64,000 bases of DNA from an uncultured Oscillospiraceae bacterium (lineage in GTDB: Bacteria; Bacillota; Clostridia; Oscillospirales; Oscillospiraceae): assembly GCA_947629795.1 (NCBI GenBank), contig CANRFC010000006.1, forward strand, positions 36,286 to 100,285, in the 5' to 3' direction. Position 1 is the stretch's first letter, and every line of letters begins with the position of its first letter. Made by a program: the position numbers and the translations under genes. Under the pieces are notes generated by a model, which saw nothing but the letters and a program-made list of their open reading frames with translations, searched no databases and was not told where the DNA came from. Shown here piece by piece: positions 1 through 10,399 of the stretch.

Positions 1-80
1 TCCTGATCCGGATCGCCGAATTTTATCAGGTCTCCCTGGACTATCTGGTGGGGCGGAGCGACGAAAAGGAACTTCGGTAG
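1..80 (+). CDS. C-terminal end of an XRE-family HTH regulator (partial, runs off window start)
   Basis: Frame from nt 3 reads LIRIAEFYQVSLDYLVGRSDEKELR-stop (TAG 78-80), the typical Cro/C1-type HTH C-terminal motif. Confidence 0.75.
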   Translation, partial: LIRIAEFYQVSLDYLVGRSDEKELR

Positions 81-107
81 AGCGGGAAGAGTCACACAAA
101 ACAGAAG

Positions 108-136
108 AGGTCCTGCGGATGGTTTCCGCAGGACCT
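108..136. terminator. Hairpin between convergent genes, probable bidirectional intrinsic terminator
   Basis: AGGTCCTGCGGA / TCCGCAGGACCT 12-bp perfect stem between convergent stop codons. Confidence 0.6.
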
Positions 137-170
137 TTCGGTTTGCTTTGGCGCTTTTACGGCGGGTCGT

Positions 171-1172
171 TCAGCCCTCCCGGTCCCGGCGGGGCAGGGA
201 CAGGATGAGGAGGACCAGGGCGGCGGCCAGGAGGACCCAGACGGTGATCCGGTTGCCCAGCTGCTCCAGAGGAAAGGGGAGGGTGGGGAGGAAGTAGGCG
301 GCGAAGAGGGGCCCATCAAACCGTCCGGTAAGGCCCCAGAGGGGGAGGACGTTGCCCAGGGGAATGGCCAGAGCGGAGAGCAGGCAGAGAAGAGCGGCCC
401 GGAAATGGCCGCCGATGGGCAGACGGAGGATGAGCAGCGCCGCCCAGAGGAAGGCCAGGCACACTCCGGCGATGGGAAGGCCCAGCTGCCAGAGCCAGAC
501 CTCCCGGGTGAAGAGCTGGATGACCCCCAAAAGGACCACCAGCCACACGGAGAACAGGGCGGCGGCCCGGAAGGGGAAGGGCCGGGGGCAGTTTTTCCAC
601 AGGAGATATCCACCCCAGGGCAGGGCCAGGGACACGGCGGTGATGACCAGACCGCCCAGGACCCAGCGTCCGCCCACGAACCGCCAGCAGGCCAGAAGCA
701 GGGCCAGCAGGGAGAGGGTGCCCCACACCATGGCGGAGAGGAGCCTGTGCCGTTCCAGCCAGAGGGGAAGGGTAGTCAGGGAGAAGAAGACGCCCAGGCC
801 GGTGAGAACGATCCAGAACCAGTCCAGACTGTGATAGAGGAGCAGGTCGCACAAAAGGCAGACGCCCAGAGCGATGGCGCAGGCCACGGTGGAGGCCCAC
901 TTCCACGCCTGGAGGAAGATCTGCCGGCGAAGGGCGGCCCGGTCCCGGGCGGCCTGCTTTTCATCGTCGCAGGCACTGAAGAATTCGTGTTCGGTGATGT
1001 TCAGCTCCCGGCAGATGTCCGGGACCAGGGTCACGTCGGGGTAGCTCAGGGCCCGCTCCCACTTGCTCACGGCGGACTCCACCACGTGGAGCCGCTCCGC
1101 CAGGGCACGCTGGGTGAGCCCGGCCTGTTCCCGCTTGGCGCGGATATAGGCGCCGAAGGATGCCTTTTCCAT
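171..1172 (-). CDS. XRE-family HTH regulator fused to a multi-pass membrane domain
   Basis: N-terminal HTH (FGAYIRAKREQAGLTQRALAERLHVVESAVSKWE) followed by many hydrophobic helices; ATG 1172 has AGGAGG 6 nt upstream. Confidence 0.8.
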   Translation of the reverse strand: MEKASFGAYIRAKREQAGLTQRALAERLHVVESAVSKWERALSYPDVTLVPDICRELNITEHEFFSACDDEKQAARDRAALRRQIFLQAWKWASTVACAIALGVCLLCDLLLYHSLDWFWIVLTGLGVFFSLTTLPLWLERHRLLSAMVWGTLSLLALLLACWRFVGGRWVLGGLVITAVSLALPWGGYLLWKNCPRPFPFRAAALFSVWLVVLLGVIQLFTREVWLWQLGLPIAGVCLAFLWAALLILRLPIGGHFRAALLCLLSALAIPLGNVLPLWGLTGRFDGPLFAAYFLPTLPFPLEQLGNRITVWVLLAAALVLLILSLPRRDREG

Positions 1173-1336
1173 AGGGGACCTCCTGGAATTTTGGATGGTC
1201 TCAGGATAGGACACACGGGGGAAAAAGTCAATGGAAAGCTCTCATTTTGCCCCTCGACCGGCAGTCGAGGGGCAAAAACCGCCCGGCGCCGGGGAGGGCC
1301 GGGCGGTCCCACAGGAGGGGGCCTCGGAGGGCTGCG

Positions 1337-2926
1337 TCACGGCAGGGAGGAGACGAACTCCCCGGAATAGGGGGGCATCTCGGTCCGCTGCTCCCACTGG
1401 GCCTGGGTGTAGTCGGGCCAGGTCTCATAGGACCCGCCGGGGAGGAAGATGAGGGTCACGTCTTCCGGGATGCCGTAAAACCAGCGGAAGTAGCAGGCGT
1501 ATTCCGCGTCCGGGGGGTTCCGGGCCTGCCAGAATTTGTCGCCGTACCGGTCGGTGGGGAGGATCAGAGTATCCGCCCCCGCCGCCGCGGCCTGGCGGAT
1601 CTCCTGGGCGCGGGCCAGGCTGCAGCCCGCCACTACGCCGGCACGGTGCCCCCACAGCAGGAAAAGGCAGGCCATGGCCGCGCCGGCCAGGACCGTTCCC
1701 GTCCGCCGGGTGAGCAGCGGGGCGGCCAGGTCTCCTGCCAGCAGGATCAGGACCAGCATGGGCAGGAAGTAGAACCGGTGGCCCAGGGTGGTGGTGGCCG
1801 CCAGGGGCAGCAGGTCCAGAGGGGCGACGAGGAACAGCAGGACCCGGCGGAGCTTCAGCTCCCGCCCGCTCCGGCAGACCAGCAGGGCCAGAAAGGTCAG
1901 TCCCCAGCTCAGGCAGCCGGCGGCGGCATGGGAATAGGTCAGGTAATCGTTGGTGCTCCAGATCAGGTAATGGGCCCACAGGGGGACGGCCGCGAGCAGG
2001 CTCAGAGGACGCAGGGAGCTGTTCCAGAAGCCCAGGGCGATGATGATGGCCATGGGGACGGCCATGTGGGGCCCCCGAAGCAGGGCGATGGGGAGCAGGC
2101 GGTGGAGGTACCACTTCAGAATGCCTGCCGCCATGCCGGGAAGGCCGGCCTGGGCGTCGAAGGTCAACTTCCGCAGGCCGTTGAGGGCCGCGCCGCTGGA
2201 GGCCAGGTCGGAGACGATGGCGTTGGAGAACATGATCGCCGCTGCCAGGACGGCCCCCGCGAAGGAGGCCCAGAAGGGGAGACGGAGGGGCTTGTCCCAG
2301 AGGGCGGCATAGAGTCCCAGTACCAGGGTCACGCCCAGGAACAGGAGAGCCTGGGTCTCCACAAACAGTCCCATGACCAGGGCCGCGGCGAACAGGGCTC
2401 CGGCGCGGAGCTTCAGGCGGTCCCGCCGCTGGTGGGTCTGCCGCACCAGGAGCAGGAAGGCGAGGAATACCGCCGCCGACACCCCGTAATTCCCAAAACC
2501 GGACACCCAGCCGTACATCTCGGTCCACATGATGTCGGGCATGAGCAGGATCAGAGCGTTGGACAGCAGGAAGACGGGGAGGAACCGCTCCCGGTCCCCT
2601 CTGGCCATCAGCACTGCCATCAGCATGGGGATGGCGAACATGCATCCGCCCATGATGAGGACCTTCAGCGGCTGAAAGTGGCACATGAGCAGGGTGACCA
2701 GGTTCCCCACATAACGCCCGTTCAGAAGGCCGTACCGCCACCAGCGCACGCCCTGCTCCATGCCCCACTGCAGATCGTCGGTGGTGGAGTAAGGTACCGC
2801 CCAGGCCAGGAACAGGTAAAACAGCAGGGTGACCGCCAGCACGGTGGGGACGACCCAGCCGGGCTGCCGGCCTGCCTGTGCCTGCCGTCTGCGGCCCGCA
2901 TCCATGGCCGCACCGTCGTTGGGCAT
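1337..2926 (-). CDS. Polytopic membrane protein, DUF6056 / GT-C glycosyltransferase-like
   Basis: Motifs TTDDLQW and LNGRYVGN, ~12 TM segments and a soluble C-terminal domain; AGGAGG before ATG 2926. Family call from memory. Confidence 0.55.
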   Translation of the reverse strand: MPNDGAAMDAGRRRQAQAGRQPGWVVPTVLAVTLLFYLFLAWAVPYSTTDDLQWGMEQGVRWWRYGLLNGRYVGNLVTLLMCHFQPLKVLIMGGCMFAIPMLMAVLMARGDRERFLPVFLLSNALILLMPDIMWTEMYGWVSGFGNYGVSAAVFLAFLLLVRQTHQRRDRLKLRAGALFAAALVMGLFVETQALLFLGVTLVLGLYAALWDKPLRLPFWASFAGAVLAAAIMFSNAIVSDLASSGAALNGLRKLTFDAQAGLPGMAAGILKWYLHRLLPIALLRGPHMAVPMAIIIALGFWNSSLRPLSLLAAVPLWAHYLIWSTNDYLTYSHAAAGCLSWGLTFLALLVCRSGRELKLRRVLLFLVAPLDLLPLAATTTLGHRFYFLPMLVLILLAGDLAAPLLTRRTGTVLAGAAMACLFLLWGHRAGVVAGCSLARAQEIRQAAAAGADTLILPTDRYGDKFWQARNPPDAEYACYFRWFYGIPEDVTLIFLPGGSYETWPDYTQAQWEQRTEMPPYSGEFVSSLP

Positions 2927-3025
2927 AGTGAGGACCTCCTTCGTCTGCATAGGGGTATTTTACTATAAGGCGGCGGGAAACGCAAGCGGGAGGGTCCGCC
3001 GGGGGCCAGGCCCCGGCGGATAAGA

Positions 3026-3057
3026 AGACCGCCCCGGGGAGAGCCCCGGAGCGGTCT
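3026..3057 (-). terminator. Probable terminator downstream of ilvC
   Basis: AGACCGCCCCGGGG / CCCCGGAGCGGTCT imperfect stem just after the ilvC stop, followed by TCTT on the minus strand. Confidence 0.5.
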
Positions 3058-3071
3058 GATGGAAAAGCAGC

Positions 3072-4091
3072 TCAGTTGGAGGCGGTGTCCATGTCCTGGT
3101 CGGAGCCCCAGATCATGTTCTTGCGCAGCTCGGCGCCCACGATCTCCATCTGGTGCTTGGCCAGAGCGGCCCGCTTGGAGTTGAAGAAGGTCCGGCCGTT
3201 CTTGTTCTCGGCGATCCACTTGCCGGCGAAGGTGCCGTCCTGGATGTCGTCCAGGACCTTGCGCATGTTCTTCTTGGTCTCCTCATAGGGCAGGACCCGG
3301 GGGCCGGAGACGTACTCGCCGAACTCGGCGGTGTCCGAGATGGAGAAGTTCATCATGCCGATGCCGCCCTTGTTGATCAGGTCCACGATGAGCTTCATCT
3401 CGTGGATGCACTCAAAGTAGGCGTTCTCGGGCTCGTAGCCGGCCTCCACCAGGGTCTCGAAGCCGCACTTCATCAGGTCCACCACGCCGCCGCAGAGCAC
3501 GCACTGCTCGCCGAACAGGTCGGTCTCGGTCTCGTCGTGGAAGGTGGTCTCCATCACGCCGGCCCGGGCGCCGCCGATGCCGGCGATGTAGGCCAGGGCG
3601 ATCTGATAGGCGCGGCCGGTGGCGTCCTGCTCCACGGCCACCAGGCAGGGCACGCCCTTGCCGTTGACGTAGGTGGAGCGGACGGTGTGGCCGGGACCCT
3701 TGGGGGCGGCCATGAACACGTCCACGCCGGCGGGGGGGACGATCTGGCCGTAGCGGATGTTGAAGCCGTGGGCGAAGGCCAGGGCCTTGCCCTCGGTCAT
3801 GTAGGGGGCGATGGACTTCTTGTACACGTCGGCCTGGACCTCGTCGTTGATGAGGATCATCACGATGTCGCCCCACTTGGCGGCGTCCTCGACGGTCTTC
3901 ACCGTCAGCCCGGCCTTCTCGGCCACGGCCCAGTTCTTGGAGCCCTCCCGCAGGCCCACGCACACGTCGCAGCCCGAGTCCTTCAGATTCAGAGCGTGGG
4001 CGTGGCCCTGGGAGCCGTAGCCGATGATGGCGATCTTCCTGCCGTCCAGGTAGGACAGGTCGCAGTCCTTCTCGTAGTACATCTTTGCCAT
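3072..4091 (-). CDS. ilvC: Ketol-acid reductoisomerase
   Basis: [38 protein letters not shown] motifs; AGGAG 9 nt upstream of ATG 4091. Confidence 0.98.
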   Translation of the reverse strand: MAKMYYEKDCDLSYLDGRKIAIIGYGSQGHAHALNLKDSGCDVCVGLREGSKNWAVAEKAGLTVKTVEDAAKWGDIVMILINDEVQADVYKKSIAPYMTEGKALAFAHGFNIRYGQIVPPAGVDVFMAAPKGPGHTVRSTYVNGKGVPCLVAVEQDATGRAYQIALAYIAGIGGARAGVMETTFHDETETDLFGEQCVLCGGVVDLMKCGFETLVEAGYEPENAYFECIHEMKLIVDLINKGGIGMMNFSISDTAEFGEYVSGPRVLPYEETKKNMRKVLDDIQDGTFAGKWIAENKNGRTFFNSKRAALAKHQMEIVGAELRKNMIWGSDQDMDTASN

Positions 4092-4235
4092 TTTCATACA
4101 CTCCTTTACAGTGGTTGGATTTCCGACCGATTGGGGTCAGTATGGCACAGAGCGGGGAAAAAGAATGTAACGCGCGATACAATTAAACGCTGAGCGGGTC
4201 AGCCTCCGGTATTCAGGGCAGTCGGGCCGGGCGCG

Positions 4236-4688
4236 TTATCCGAGGGCGAAGCCCAGCTCCACCTCATCCTCATCCGAGCGGCCGGTTTCCGTGAAGCCCA
4301 GCGCCTGGTAGAGGTGGTACGCGATGGAATTTTCGGGGTTTACCGTTAAGAGGACCCTGTCTGAGGGCCCAAAGGGCTTTGTGCGGATGTAGTTCATGGC
4401 CAGGGCCATGGCCGCTTTGCCGCAGCCTCTTCCCTGGTGCCGCGCGTCGATCATCAGGTGCCAGATATTGTAGGTTTTCTCGTCATAGTCATAGATGACC
4501 ATGAGATACCCCACAACATCACCGTTACAGCAGACGGCAAAGGGGGTGCACTGCCGGGAATAGACATACGCCTGGGCCAGGCTGCGAATGGGGTGGGATA
4601 CAAAATCCTCCTGCCAGGCGTTCAATTTTAAGGCAAAGCAGGCGAGGAAATTCGATTCATCCACTTTTTGCAGGGAAATATGATCCAT
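4236..4688 (-). CDS. GNAT acetyltransferase (spermidine/spermine N-acetyltransferase-like)
   Basis: Acetyl-CoA motif HQGRGCGKAAM and AYHLYQALGF; LAQAYVY N-terminal motif. Confidence 0.85.
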   Translation of the reverse strand: MDHISLQKVDESNFLACFALKLNAWQEDFVSHPIRSLAQAYVYSRQCTPFAVCCNGDVVGYLMVIYDYDEKTYNIWHLMIDARHQGRGCGKAAMALAMNYIRTKPFGPSDRVLLTVNPENSIAYHLYQALGFTETGRSDEDEVELGFALG

Positions 4689-4847
4689 ACTTTCTCCTTC
4701 CTGTGGGGAGGGTCAGCACATGAGCACCCTCCGGGCGGTTGATGGGAATATCCTGCTGTGTATTTTTCATAGCTGATCTCCCCCTTTCCCTGGAAGAAAT
4801 TGGATCATATATGGAAACACAGATATCTCTGTGGGGTTTTCCGCGGC

Positions 4848-5402
4848 TCAGAGCACGCTCTTGCCCAGATTGAACTCGGTGGTCTCCTTGCGCTCGTCGG
4901 AGATGGTGTAGGCGCCCCGCTCCAGGGCCACCATGCCGGTGCGGACCAGTTCCAGGATGCCGAAGGAGGCCAGGAGGTTCTGCATGGCCTCGGCCTTGGA
5001 CTCGTCGCCGATGAGGGCGATGGTCAGGGACTTGATGGACACGTCGATGATGGAGGCACGGAAGATGTTGGCCACCTGGATGATCTCGTTGCGCACATCG
5101 GCGGTCTCGGCCTTCACCTTGAACATCACCAGCTCCCGGCGGATGGACCGCTCAGGCTTGAGCTCCTGGACCGAGTAGACCGAGAACTGCTTGCGCAGCT
5201 GGTTCATCAGCTGCTCCATCATGGCGTCGTCTCCCATGACCTCGATGGTGATACGGGAGGTGGAGGGGTCGTCGGTGGTGCCCACGGCCAGGGATTCGAT
5301 GTTGTAGCCCTTCCGGGAGAAGAGCCGGGAGACCTGGGAGAGGACGCCGGCGGCGTTCTCCACCAGCACGGACAGGGTGTGGCGGGTATGTTCGGTTTTC
5401 AT
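4848..5402 (-). CDS. ilvN: Acetolactate synthase small (regulatory) subunit
   Basis: ACT domain LSVLVENAAGVLSQVSRLFSRKGYNIESL; ELVRTG; directly downstream of ilvB. Confidence 0.96.
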   Translation of the reverse strand: MKTEHTRHTLSVLVENAAGVLSQVSRLFSRKGYNIESLAVGTTDDPSTSRITIEVMGDDAMMEQLMNQLRKQFSVYSVQELKPERSIRRELVMFKVKAETADVRNEIIQVANIFRASIIDVSIKSLTIALIGDESKAEAMQNLLASFGILELVRTGMVALERGAYTISDERKETTEFNLGKSVL

Positions 5403-5415
5403 CTGCATCCCCTCC

Positions 5416-7125
5416 TTAATCCAGCAAAAAGTCGGTGACCGGGGTCCCCGCGGAGACCATGGGGTGGACCATGGCGTCCTTGTCGATGGCGCACTCGATG
5501 ACCCAGGGTTCTCCGCTGTCCAGGGCCTTCTTCAGGATCTCACGGAACTCCGGCTGGGTGTCGGCCTGAGCTCCCTGGATGCCGTAGGCCCGGGCCAGCT
5601 TGGGGAAGTCGGGGCCCCGGTCCAGGTCGGTCTGGGAGTAGCGCTCGCCGTAGATGAGGTGCTGCCACTGGCGGACCATGCCCAGGGTGCGGTTGTTGAA
5701 AATGACCACGATGACGGGGATGTGGTAGTACTGGATGGTGGCAAGCTCATTGCAGTTCATGCGGAAGCCGCCGTCGCCGGTACACAGCACCACGGGCACA
5801 TCGGGATTGCCCAGCTTGGCCCCCATGGCCGCCCCCATGCCGAAGCCCATGGAGCCGAAGCCGCCGGAGGTGATGAGCTGGCCCGGCCGGGAGAAGTGGT
5901 AGTACTGGGCCGACCACATCTGGTGCTGGCCCACGTCGGTGGCGATGATGGCCTTCCCGTCGGTGAGGTCCTGGATGGTCTCCAGCACCTCGTGGGGGTG
6001 GAGGATATCGTCCTTTTTCAGGGGGACCTCCTCGTGGGAGAACACCCACTTTTTCCACTGGGGATAGTCGTGGGCGGGAAGGGACTTGTTGAGCTGCTCC
6101 AGCACCTGCCGGGCGTCCCCGATGATGTGGTGGTGGGTCTTCACGTTCTTGTCGATCTCCGAGCGGTCGATGTCGATCTGGACCACCTTGGCCTGCTTGG
6201 CGAAGGTCTCGGGGTCGGTGGCCACCCGGTCGGAGAACCGGCAGCCGACGGCGATGAGCAGGTCGCACTCGCTGGAGGCCAGGTTGGAGGCGTGGGAGCC
6301 GTGCATGCCGATCATGCCGGTGAAGAGGGGGTGGTCGCCGGGGAGGGCGCCGCCGCCCATGATGGTGGAGGCCACCGGGGCGTTCAGGGTCTCCACGAAC
6401 CTGCGGAACTCGGGCACCGCCCCCCGGGAGCGGATGACGCCGCCGCCCACCAGCACCAGGGGCTTCCGGGCCTCGGCGATCATGTCCAGCAGGCGTTGGA
6501 TGTCCCCGGCGTCGGGCTCGGGAGTCTTCAGGTCGTGGCTGGAGCGGCGGAGCATGGCCGCCAGCCGGCCGTGGGCGGCGTGCTGCTCCACCGGCAGGTA
6601 CTCGTAGTCGGCGGTGGCGGCGGTGACGTTCTTGGCAATGTCGATGAGCACCGGCCCGGGCCGGCCCGAGCGGGCGATGGCGAAGGCCTCCCGGATCACG
6701 TCGGCCAGCTGGTCGGGGTCCTTCACCAGGTAGTTGCACTTGGTGATGGGCATGGTGATGCCGGTGATGTCCACCTCCTGGAAGGAGTCCTTGCCGATGA
6801 GGTTTTCCGACACGTTGCAGGTGATGAAGACCACAGGGGAGGAGTCCATATAGGCGGTGGCGATGCCGGTGGTGAGGTTGGTGGCGCCGGGGCCGGAGGT
6901 GGCGAAGCACACCCCCACCTTGCCGGTGGAGCGGGCGTAGCCGTCGGCGGCGTGGGAGGCGCCCTGTTCGTGGGCGGTGAGGATGTGGCGGATCTTATTC
7001 TTATAGCCGTGGAGCTCCATCTCGTCATACACGTTGAGGATGGTGCCGCCGGGGTAGCCGAAGACGGTGTCCACCCCCTGCTCCAGCAGGCACTCCATGA
7101 TGATCTGGGCGCATTTCATTTTCAT
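5416..7125 (-). CDS. ilvB: Acetolactate synthase large subunit
   Basis: VFGYPGG, HEQGASHAADGYAR, TSGPGATN, TPP motif GDGGFRMN; GGAGG before ATG 7125 (ORF track start is over-extended). Confidence 0.97.
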   Translation of the reverse strand: MKMKCAQIIMECLLEQGVDTVFGYPGGTILNVYDEMELHGYKNKIRHILTAHEQGASHAADGYARSTGKVGVCFATSGPGATNLTTGIATAYMDSSPVVFITCNVSENLIGKDSFQEVDITGITMPITKCNYLVKDPDQLADVIREAFAIARSGRPGPVLIDIAKNVTAATADYEYLPVEQHAAHGRLAAMLRRSSHDLKTPEPDAGDIQRLLDMIAEARKPLVLVGGGVIRSRGAVPEFRRFVETLNAPVASTIMGGGALPGDHPLFTGMIGMHGSHASNLASSECDLLIAVGCRFSDRVATDPETFAKQAKVVQIDIDRSEIDKNVKTHHHIIGDARQVLEQLNKSLPAHDYPQWKKWVFSHEEVPLKKDDILHPHEVLETIQDLTDGKAIIATDVGQHQMWSAQYYHFSRPGQLITSGGFGSMGFGMGAAMGAKLGNPDVPVVLCTGDGGFRMNCNELATIQYYHIPVIVVIFNNRTLGMVRQWQHLIYGERYSQTDLDRGPDFPKLARAYGIQGAQADTQPEFREILKKALDSGEPWVIECAIDKDAMVHPMVSAGTPVTDFLLD

Positions 7126-7402
7126 GGGCTTTCCTCCGTTCCAAGGGCAGAAATTATCATTTATCTTACCGCCCAACGGCGTTTTTGTCAATCGAAAGCC
7201 CGGCGTTTCGTCAATTTTTTGCGCCTGCGGCGGCGGGGGAGGGCAGCGCTTGGAAAAAGTGCCATAAATTACGGCGCAGACGAAATTTATCCGGCTTTTT
7301 TGCGGGGGAGGACTGGACATTTTGCGGAAACTGTACTATGATATACTCGTTTTTAAAGCGCGCTCTTTGGGGAAAGAGAAGCGAAAAGATTGAGGTGAGG
7401 CT

Positions 7403-8758
7403 ATGTTGCATCAGTTTTTCGGCGGAGTACACCCCGCCGAGCACAAGGACCTGACCGAGCATAAGGCCACAACGCCTCTGGCGGAGGCGCCGGCCCAGGT
7501 GGTCATTCCCATGGCTATGCACGTGGGAGCCCCCTGTAAGCCGGTGGTCGCCGTCGGCGACGAGGTGAAGGTAGGCACGCTCATCGGTGAGACCACCGGT
7601 CTGGGCGCGCCCATCCACGCCAGCGTGTCCGGCAGGGTGGCCGCCGTGGAGCCCAGGCCCTATGGCGGCGGCGGGATGATGATGTCCGTGGTCATCGACA
7701 ACGATTTCCAGGACACCCCCGACCCCTGTGTGAAGCACCGGGACAACGTGGACGCGCTGACCGGAGCTGAGATCATCGAGATCGTGAAGAACGCCGGCAT
7801 CACCGGTATGGGCGGCGCGGGTTTCCCCACCCACGTCAAACTCTCCGGCGCCGTCGGCAAGGTGGACACTCTGATCCTCAACGGCGCGGAGTGCGAGCCC
7901 TACATCACCTCCGACCACCGGCTCATGCTGGAGCGGGGCGAGGCCGTCATCGGCGGCGCCCGGCTCATGGCCAAGGCCTGCGGCCTTACGGAGGCCACCA
8001 TCGGCATCGAGCTCAACAAGCCCGACGCCATCGAGCACCTCAAGACCCTGGCGGGCAGCGATGTGCACATCGAGGGCCTGAAGACCCGGTACCCCCAGGG
8101 CGCTGAGAAGCAGCTCATCCAGATGATCACCGGCCGCCAGGTGCCTCCCGGAGGGCTTCCCGCCCACGTGGGCTGCCTGGTGAGCAACGTGGCCACCGCC
8201 GCCGCCGTGTGGGACGCGGTGACCGAGGGCAAGCCCCTGACCCGCCGCGGCGTGACCCTCACCGGCGGCGCCATGGCCGAGCCCATGAACGTCCTGGCCC
8301 CCGTGGGCACCCCCGTGGGCTGGCTGGTGAAGATGGCCGGCGGCTTCAAGGAGACCCCCGACCGGCTCCTCTACGGCGGCCCCATGATGGGCAACCCCAT
8401 CTACGACCTGGACGCGCCCATGATGAAGTCCACCAACTGCCTGCTGGCCCTGACCGCTGCCGAGGTGGCCGAGCAGGACCCCGCCCAGACCTGTATCCGC
8501 TGCGGCAAGTGCGTGGAGGCCTGCCCCATGCACCTGACCCCGCTGTTCATGCGCATGCGGGTGGACAAGCGCAAGTGGGATGAGGTGGAGGCGCTGCACG
8601 TGATGGACTGCATCGAGTGCGGCTCCTGCAACTACATCTGTCCCGCCCGGCTGCCCCTGGTGCAGTCCTTCCGGACGGCCAAGTTCGCCATCCGGGACAA
8701 GGCCGCCAAGGAGAAGGCGGCCCGGGAAGCCAAAGAGAAGGAGGCGGCGAAGGCATGA
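7403..8758 (+). CDS. rnfC: Rnf electron transport complex subunit C
   Basis: GMGGAGFPTHVK, NGAECEPY, two CxxCxxCxxxCP clusters; first gene of rnfCDGEAB. Confidence 0.96.
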   Translation: MLHQFFGGVHPAEHKDLTEHKATTPLAEAPAQVVIPMAMHVGAPCKPVVAVGDEVKVGTLIGETTGLGAPIHASVSGRVAAVEPRPYGGGGMMMSVVIDNDFQDTPDPCVKHRDNVDALTGAEIIEIVKNAGITGMGGAGFPTHVKLSGAVGKVDTLILNGAECEPYITSDHRLMLERGEAVIGGARLMAKACGLTEATIGIELNKPDAIEHLKTLAGSDVHIEGLKTRYPQGAEKQLIQMITGRQVPPGGLPAHVGCLVSNVATAAAVWDAVTEGKPLTRRGVTLTGGAMAEPMNVLAPVGTPVGWLVKMAGGFKETPDRLLYGGPMMGNPIYDLDAPMMKSTNCLLALTAAEVAEQDPAQTCIRCGKCVEACPMHLTPLFMRMRVDKRKWDEVEALHVMDCIECGSCNYICPARLPLVQSFRTAKFAIRDKAAKEKAAREAKEKEAAKA

Positions 8759-9831
8759 ACGAGTATAAGGATCTGAAGCTGACCGTGGCCTCCTCCCCCC
8801 ACGTGAACTCCCCGGTGAACACCCGGTCTCTCATGCTGGACGTGCTCATCGCCCTGGTCCCCGCCCTGTGCTTCGCGGTGTTTTTCCAGGGACCCAAGGC
8901 CCTGGCCCTGACCCTGGTCAGCGTGGCCGGCTGTGAGTTCTTCGAGTGGCTCTACCGCAAGCTCCTGAAGAAGCCCCAGACCATGGGCGACCTGTCCGCC
9001 GCCGTCACCGGCGTGCTGTTGGCCTTTGTCTGCCCGGTGACCCTGCCCTACTGGACCGTGCTCATCGGCGACTTCTTCGCCATGTTCGTGGTCAAGCAGC
9101 TCTTCGGCGGCCTGGGCAAGAACTTCCTCAACCCCGCCCTGGCGGGCCGTGCCTTCCTGATGCTCTCCTATCCCGTGCTCATGACCACCTGGGCCAAGCC
9201 GGGAGTGAGCAACTGGTTCGGCCTCACCGCTCAGTCGGCCGACGCCATCACCGCCGCCACCCCCATGGGCGTGATGCACGGCTCCACCGTGGCCGACCCC
9301 ATGCTCCCCTGGAAGGCGGCGGAGAGCGCCGGCACCCTCCGGGACCTGTTCATGGGCAACGTGGGCGGCTGTATCGGCGAGGTCTCCGCCCTGGCCCTCA
9401 TTATCGGCGGGATCTACCTCATCTGGCGGGGCGTCATCAACCCCCGCATCCCCGGGGCTTACATCGGTACCGTGGCGGTGCTCACCCTCATCTTCTCCCG
9501 GGGCAATCCCCACTTTGAGTGGATGCTCTCCCAGCTCTTCGGGGGCGGCCTGATGCTGGGCGCCTTCTTCATGGCCACCGACTATGTCACCAGCCCCTGC
9601 ACCCCCAACGGCGAGCTCATCTACGGTGTGGGCTGCGGCCTGCTCACCGTGTTCATCCGCTACTTCGGCGGCTATCCCGAGGGGGTCTCCTACGCCATCC
9701 TGCTGATGAACGTGTGCACCCCCATCATTGAGAAGTACACCCATCCCAGCCGCTTTGGCGTGAGCAAAGAGGACATCAGGAAGGCCAAAGAGGCGGCCAA
9801 GGCCGCCAAGAAGGGGGGCGCTGAGGCATGA
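8755..9831 (+). CDS. rnfD: Rnf subunit D
   Basis: SSPH, FGGLGKNFLNPALAGRAFL, FMN site DAITAATP; ATGA overlap with the rnfC stop. Confidence 0.96.
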   Translation: MNEYKDLKLTVASSPHVNSPVNTRSLMLDVLIALVPALCFAVFFQGPKALALTLVSVAGCEFFEWLYRKLLKKPQTMGDLSAAVTGVLLAFVCPVTLPYWTVLIGDFFAMFVVKQLFGGLGKNFLNPALAGRAFLMLSYPVLMTTWAKPGVSNWFGLTAQSADAITAATPMGVMHGSTVADPMLPWKAAESAGTLRDLFMGNVGGCIGEVSALALIIGGIYLIWRGVINPRIPGAYIGTVAVLTLIFSRGNPHFEWMLSQLFGGGLMLGAFFMATDYVTSPCTPNGELIYGVGCGLLTVFIRYFGGYPEGVSYAILLMNVCTPIIEKYTHPSRFGVSKEDIRKAKEAAKAAKKGGAEA

Positions 9832-10385
9832 GCGAGGCAGTTGCTGCTGTGAAGACCAATGATTCCGGCATGGCGAAGCTCACCATCACCCTGGGCGCCA
9901 TCTGTGCCGTCTGCGCCCTGGTGCTGGGCCTGGTCAACTTTGTCACCGCCGATCCCATCGCCGCCGTGCAGAAGGCCAAGAACGACGCCGCCATGGCCGA
10001 GGTCCTTCCCGCCGACAGCTATGAGAAGGTGGACTACACCGGCTCCGACGCCACCATCAAGTCGGTCAACAAGGCCGGCGACGTGGGCTACGTGGTGGAG
10101 GTCAGCCCCTCCGGCTCCTTCTCCGGCACCCTGACCATCATGGTGGGCGTCAACGCCGACGGCACCGTCTCCGGCGTGGCCGTCACCAAGTCCGGCGAGA
10201 CCTCCGGCCTGGGTGACAACGCCAAGAAGCCTGAGTTCCGCAGCCAGTTCGCCGGCATGTCCGGCGAGGTCAAGGTCACCAAGGACGGCGGCCAGGTGGT
10301 CCCCATCACCGGCGCCACCATCACCTCCCGGGCGGTCTCCGCCGGAGTCACCTCCGCGCTGGCCGCCGTGGCCGAGCTGGGTTAA
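9828..10385 (+). CDS. rnfG: Rnf subunit G
   Basis: Single TM helix plus FMN-binding motif ITGATITSRAV. Confidence 0.93.
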   Translation: MSEAVAAVKTNDSGMAKLTITLGAICAVCALVLGLVNFVTADPIAAVQKAKNDAAMAEVLPADSYEKVDYTGSDATIKSVNKAGDVGYVVEVSPSGSFSGTLTIMVGVNADGTVSGVAVTKSGETSGLGDNAKKPEFRSQFAGMSGEVKVTKDGGQVVPITGATITSRAVSAGVTSALAAVAELG

Positions 10386-10399
10386 GGAGGGAATGACGT

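Noticed and set aside
1247-2968. Long opposite-strand ORFs (also 5377-7341, 17721-19403, 27283-29799, 52293-54257, 55699-57051, 60481-62073)
   Set aside because: Antisense shadows of real high-GC genes; no motifs or RBS, and typical of stop-codon scarcity at high GC3.
7126-7400. T-box or attenuator upstream of ilvB
   Set aside because: No T-box consensus or terminator/antiterminator seen; only an imperfect repeat (CGGCGTTT(T/C)GTCAAT) that reads as two -35-like hexamers on the minus strand.
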